Source: an uncultured Poribacteria bacterium
GTDB lineage: Bacteria > Poribacteria > WGA-4E > WGA-3G
Length of the DNA stretch: 64,000 bases
Reading direction: 5' to 3'
NCBI GenBank assembly: GCA_958296135.2
Contig: CATQHZ020000001.1
Location: forward strand, 2,624,001-2,688,000
Part shown: positions 60,615-64,000 of the stretch, piece after piece
Layout: each line of letters begins with the position of its first letter
Position numbering within the stretch: the stretch's first letter is position 1
Program-made: the position numbers and the translations under genes
Notes under the pieces: generated by a model
Told to the model about the DNA's origin: nothing
The model's input: only the letters and a program-made list of their open reading frames with translations
Databases searched by the model: none

Positions 60615-63521
60615 CTACCTGTCTATCTCCTTGTAGCGGTTAACCCTTTGCAACCGAAGCACCCCGCGTGCCTCTGTACCCACATACAGCACATCGCCAT
60701 CAACAACCAGCGAAGTCACGCCCACCGGCAGGGCAGATGCAGCCTCCTCCCACGTCAGCGTCTCGCGCTTCAACCGATAGACAGCCGCCGCAGCGGCACC
60801 ATAAACACGAGAGCCGTCCACCGCCAACTCGTGCATAACGATAGGCACTTCCACTGCATCGGTGATGAGATGCCAATTTTCGCTATCGCTTGAGGTGACG
60901 ACCCCCGCGTTTGTCGCGACGAACACCGTCGAACCGGCGAACACAATCTTCTGAATGCTGCCAAACGCCGGAAGGTTCGCGGTGATGTCTCTCCACGTGT
61001 CTCCGCTATCCCGCGATTGGAAGAGGTGTCCATCATCTTTTCCAACATAGACAACGTCACCGGCAGCGGCTAACCGGAAGCCGTCGTAATCGTCAAGAGA
61101 AAGGGCGCGAGCATCTTCCAGGCCCGTGTCATGCCACTCACTCTCGCCAAGCCGCCGTCGGAAGAGTTTCCGCTGTTCGTCTTCAAGGTAGAACGTCTCC
61201 CCACTGACAGCAAATGCACCGGCTCGCGCATTTTTCTGAAATGCCCGTCGGGTCCGCCCCATGAGCTCGTTCACCGCCTTGTCATCAAGGCCCGTCTTGG
61301 AGAAAATTTCCGCATTCTTCCTTAACCACTCACGATACTCTTCTCCAAAGGGTGGAATGCCTTCAACCGGCACCAACACATTGCCATCCGAAACTAACTC
61401 TAACAGGTAGCCTTCGGTTAAGTGATGCCCTTTGACATAAAGCGTGCCGGCCGCCGTTACCATTTTCGGATAGGCTATCTTGCTCTCCGAACGTGAGGGT
61501 AGCCCGGCGATGTCAACTTCCATCCACCGCTCACCACCGTTTTTGGATTGGACAATCCCATCACCGGTTGCGGCGTAGAGGACGTTGTTAACCTGTGCCA
61601 AGTCTGTGACCCGGGTCTGCACCATGCCGTTCATCAATTTATGCCATGTGCGGCCGCCATCGGTTGAACGCCTGACTCCCATTGGCCCCGCTAAGAAGAA
61701 AGTCTTTTCGTCCAACGCTACAGCCGGGAACATCGGGAGGGTAAACGCACCCCGGTGAAAACCGAGGTATGTCCAAGTGTCTCCACTATCGGTAGAACCT
61801 ATCATACCGGCACCGAGTCCCAAGACCGTTTTCCCCACGCCTACTAATTTGACACCTCCGACGGTGAGTGGTGTCATCCTCTGCCGGAGCTCAGGCGTAA
61901 TCTCGTCCCACGAATCTCCGAAATCGGTTGAAACAAAGAGCAGCGACGAAGGCTCGCCGTCCTGTTTGTCAGCACAAAAATAGATGCTGTTTTCAACAAC
62001 CGCGATGGAAGAGATGGTTCGAGTGCCTGCAACCGGCAATTTCTCCCACACCTCCCCATCGAGGCGAAGGCGATAGAGTCCTTGGCTTGTTCCTGCAAAC
62101 ACTGTGTTTTCAACGACAGCGGCTGACAAGATGGCAGTGTCTGTCAACGGATGACGCACTTGCAACGGCTGCGCTAACCCCTCATTAAAGGGAATCCACG
62201 TCTTGCCTTCATCGGTGGAACGGAACATGCCACCCTCTGCTAGCGCGAGATAAAATGCATAGTCGGTGATGAGCAAGGCTATCGCACGCCGGTCTAGCGG
62301 ACGTGGCGCGACAACATCCCACGTTTCACCACCATCGGTTGACGAAAACAATTCTGATTCGCAGGCGATATAGAGCGCGTCGCCTCGCGCTGCCATCGGC
62401 GGACTGAAATTGTCAATAGGCAAATCGCTGTTGACGAAAGTCCAGGTATCTCTATCGGCAGCCAACTTGAAAAGTCCACCCTTGCCGACAGCGTAGAGTT
62501 CATTGCCAGGGGCAACAAAAAGCGTGGTGACAGCACCGCCTGAAGGCCCATTGGTTTGATGCCACTGCGGTGTGGCGTTCGCAATCGGTTCTTCATCCGC
62601 ATCCGCCACTGCCGCGAGCAGCGCATCCGCCTGTGAACCGGCCCCGCCGCTTTTATCGGGCTCAGCAGCACTGCCGAGTTGCGTCCGCACAGCTGGCTTC
62701 GCTTCCAGCGCAAGAGTCACCGGCGCATCCACAAGCTCCACCGTCATCTCCGAGTTTGCCTCAAAACTATAGGGCTGCTGGAAGCGGAGCAGGTGCTGCG
62801 CGCCGAAACCGGCTATCAAAATGAGCAACACCGCCGTTGAAAGCGACACCACCCACGGCATCAACGGTTTACCGCCGCTCGGCACAGGAGGTGTGACGCG
62901 GGCGACTTTGCGCAGGATATCCCCGGTGAACGTCACAGGGAGTTGGAAATCACCCAACGCCTCGCGGAGCGCGTCTGCTTCTTCTCTCAATCGTTTCCGA
63001 GCGCGGTGCAGACGACTCTTGACAGTGTTCGCCGACACGCCGAGGGACTGGCCGACTTCCTCGCAAGACATCTCGCCCAGATAGTGGAGCGTCACGACGG
63101 TGCGTTCACTCTCCGGCAATCGCTGGAGAATCTGCTTGATAGCCTCGCGCCGCCGGGCCGCAGCAGCCGATTGCCGCTCTTCCGTCAAGTGTTCGGAGTA
63201 ATAGTGTGCCTCTATTTCCTCGGGGGCCATCGCCTCCAGGGATTGCATCGGAACGCGCCGCTCGCGATGCCACTCAATGCAGAGCCGATTCGTGATTACG
63301 TAAAGCCACCCCGCAAACTGGTTCGGGTTCTTGAGCGTGGATAACTTGTTATACACCTTCACGAAAGCATCTTGCGTGATTTCCTCGGCGGCCTGAAAAT
63401 CGCCTACTTTCCGCCAAGCGAGCGCGTGGACAGCCTTTTGATGCTTCTTCACCAATTCGGTGAAAGCACTTTCGTCACCGTCCAAAAAGCGTTCAATGAG
63501 TTCAGCATCTTCGTTTTTCAT
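60615..63521 (-). CDS. ECF sigma-70 factor fused through a TM helix to an extracytoplasmic BNR/Asp-box beta-propeller
   Basis: GDESAF.ELV, AEEITQDAF, F.GWLY.I, LPESER and TVKSRLHRAR; TM WVVSLSTAVLLILIAGFG; repeated S.D.G.TW; GGAGG RBS. Confidence 0.9.
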   Translation of the reverse strand: MKNEDAELIERFLDGDESAFTELVKKHQKAVHALAWRKVGDFQAAEEITQDAFVKVYNKLSTLKNPNQFAGWLYVITNRLCIEWHRERRVPMQSLEAMAPEEIEAHYYSEHLTEERQSAAAARRREAIKQILQRLPESERTVVTLHYLGEMSCEEVGQSLGVSANTVKSRLHRARKRLREEADALREALGDFQLPVTFTGDILRKVARVTPPVPSGGKPLMPWVVSLSTAVLLILIAGFGAQHLLRFQQPYSFEANSEMTVELVDAPVTLALEAKPAVRTQLGSAAEPDKSGGAGSQADALLAAVADADEEPIANATPQWHQTNGPSGGAVTTLFVAPGNELYAVGKGGLFKLAADRDTWTFVNSDLPIDNFSPPMAARGDALYIACESELFSSTDGGETWDVVAPRPLDRRAIALLITDYAFYLALAEGGMFRSTDEGKTWIPFNEGLAQPLQVRHPLTDTAILSAAVVENTVFAGTSQGLYRLRLDGEVWEKLPVAGTRTISSIAVVENSIYFCADKQDGEPSSLLFVSTDFGDSWDEITPELRQRMTPLTVGGVKLVGVGKTVLGLGAGMIGSTDSGDTWTYLGFHRGAFTLPMFPAVALDEKTFFLAGPMGVRRSTDGGRTWHKLMNGMVQTRVTDLAQVNNVLYAATGDGIVQSKNGGERWMEVDIAGLPSRSESKIAYPKMVTAAGTLYVKGHHLTEGYLLELVSDGNVLVPVEGIPPFGEEYREWLRKNAEIFSKTGLDDKAVNELMGRTRRAFQKNARAGAFAVSGETFYLEDEQRKLFRRRLGESEWHDTGLEDARALSLDDYDGFRLAAAGDVVYVGKDDGHLFQSRDSGDTWRDITANLPAFGSIQKIVFAGSTVFVATNAGVVTSSDSENWHLITDAVEVPIVMHELAVDGSRVYGAAAAAVYRLKRETLTWEEAASALPVGVTSLVVDGDVLYVGTEARGVLRLQRVNRYKEIDR

Positions 63522-63557
63522 GCGATTCCTCCAAAAAAGTTTACCTTCATTATATAA

Positions 63558-63594
63558 AGACGCGAATTCGAGAGGAAAAGGTTGCATAAAATGC
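63558..63594 (-). promoter_or_regulatory. Putative ECF-type promoter GCAACC-17bp-CGTCT upstream of the ECF gene
   Basis: AAC/CGTC pattern typical of ECF promoters; an 18-bp piece recurs at 60492-60509. Confidence 0.5.
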
Positions 63595-63794
63595 AATTTT
63601 TTGAAAAAAACGCCCAATGAAACTAAAAAAAATAACTCGGGTCGTTTTGCGCAACCGAAACGGGCGGATAGAGACATCCGCCCTGACGATTTCTAGCAGC
63701 CTCGTCCGAGACCCGAGCGATTCAGGTGCTTGACACAGAAATCAAAAAATGCTATGCTCAAAAAATGCTATGCCCCAAAAATGCTATGATTAGA

Positions 63795-64000
63795 CTAATT
63801 GTCCTCGGCACCTTCATTAATCCAATCGATGAAGAGTTGAATCTCCTCGTCATTGAGAGCCGGCGGAATAGGGGGCATGCCGCCGCCATCAATCCGCTTG
63901 ACAACAAGACTCCCGTCGCCATCATCGGCGACAAAGGCGGGGCCGTTATTGCCGCCTTTCTTGAAGGTGTCGTATTGACTGAGGTCGAGCCCAGCCGCGC
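63795..64000 (-). CDS. C-terminus of a second PSCyt1-like cytochrome c domain protein (truncated by the window edge)
   Basis: GLDLSQYDTFKKGG..GPAFV..MPP..EIQLFIDWINEGA, similar to the 55294 protein. Confidence 0.75.
   Translation of the reverse strand, partial: AAGLDLSQYDTFKKGGNNGPAFVADDGDGSLVVKRIDGGGMPPIPPALNDEEIQLFIDWINEGAEDN

Noticed and set aside
59434-60759. Diversity-generating retroelement TR/VR pair
   Set aside because: The six mismatches are not adenine-specific and are mostly synonymous, and there is no reverse transcriptase in the window.

Overview
A gene-dense, roughly 55-58% GC (by eye) bacterial window, most likely Candidatus Poribacteria. That assignment is inferred from four PhyH dioxygenases, secreted proteins ending in KL(T/S)TTWGxxK, a WD40-dockerin-YPNPFNP protein, planctomycete-type cytochrome c domains and a membrane-anchored ECF sigma factor. 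Housekeeping genes (UvrD-family 3' end, guaB, orphan nuoI, trpB and trpA separated by about 4 kb, argS, mtnP, RNase Z-like) are mixed with catabolic enzymes and a Type III restriction-modification locus whose mod gene is frameshifted at a G9 tract. At least five GTAG/GTAA-type REP families fill the intergenic space, including a 9x47-bp tandem array that is not a CRISPR. The most striking observation is that these REPs also lie in frame inside at least five apparently intact genes, where they encode peptide segments. Other notable items are a shared C-terminal TTWG motif (candidate sorting signal), a cassette flanked by copies of the ECF gene's upstream motif and 3' end, a catalytically degenerate MDH homolog, a fused HEPN/MNT remnant and two structured non-coding elements. 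All calls come from reading motifs by eye; no searches were run.
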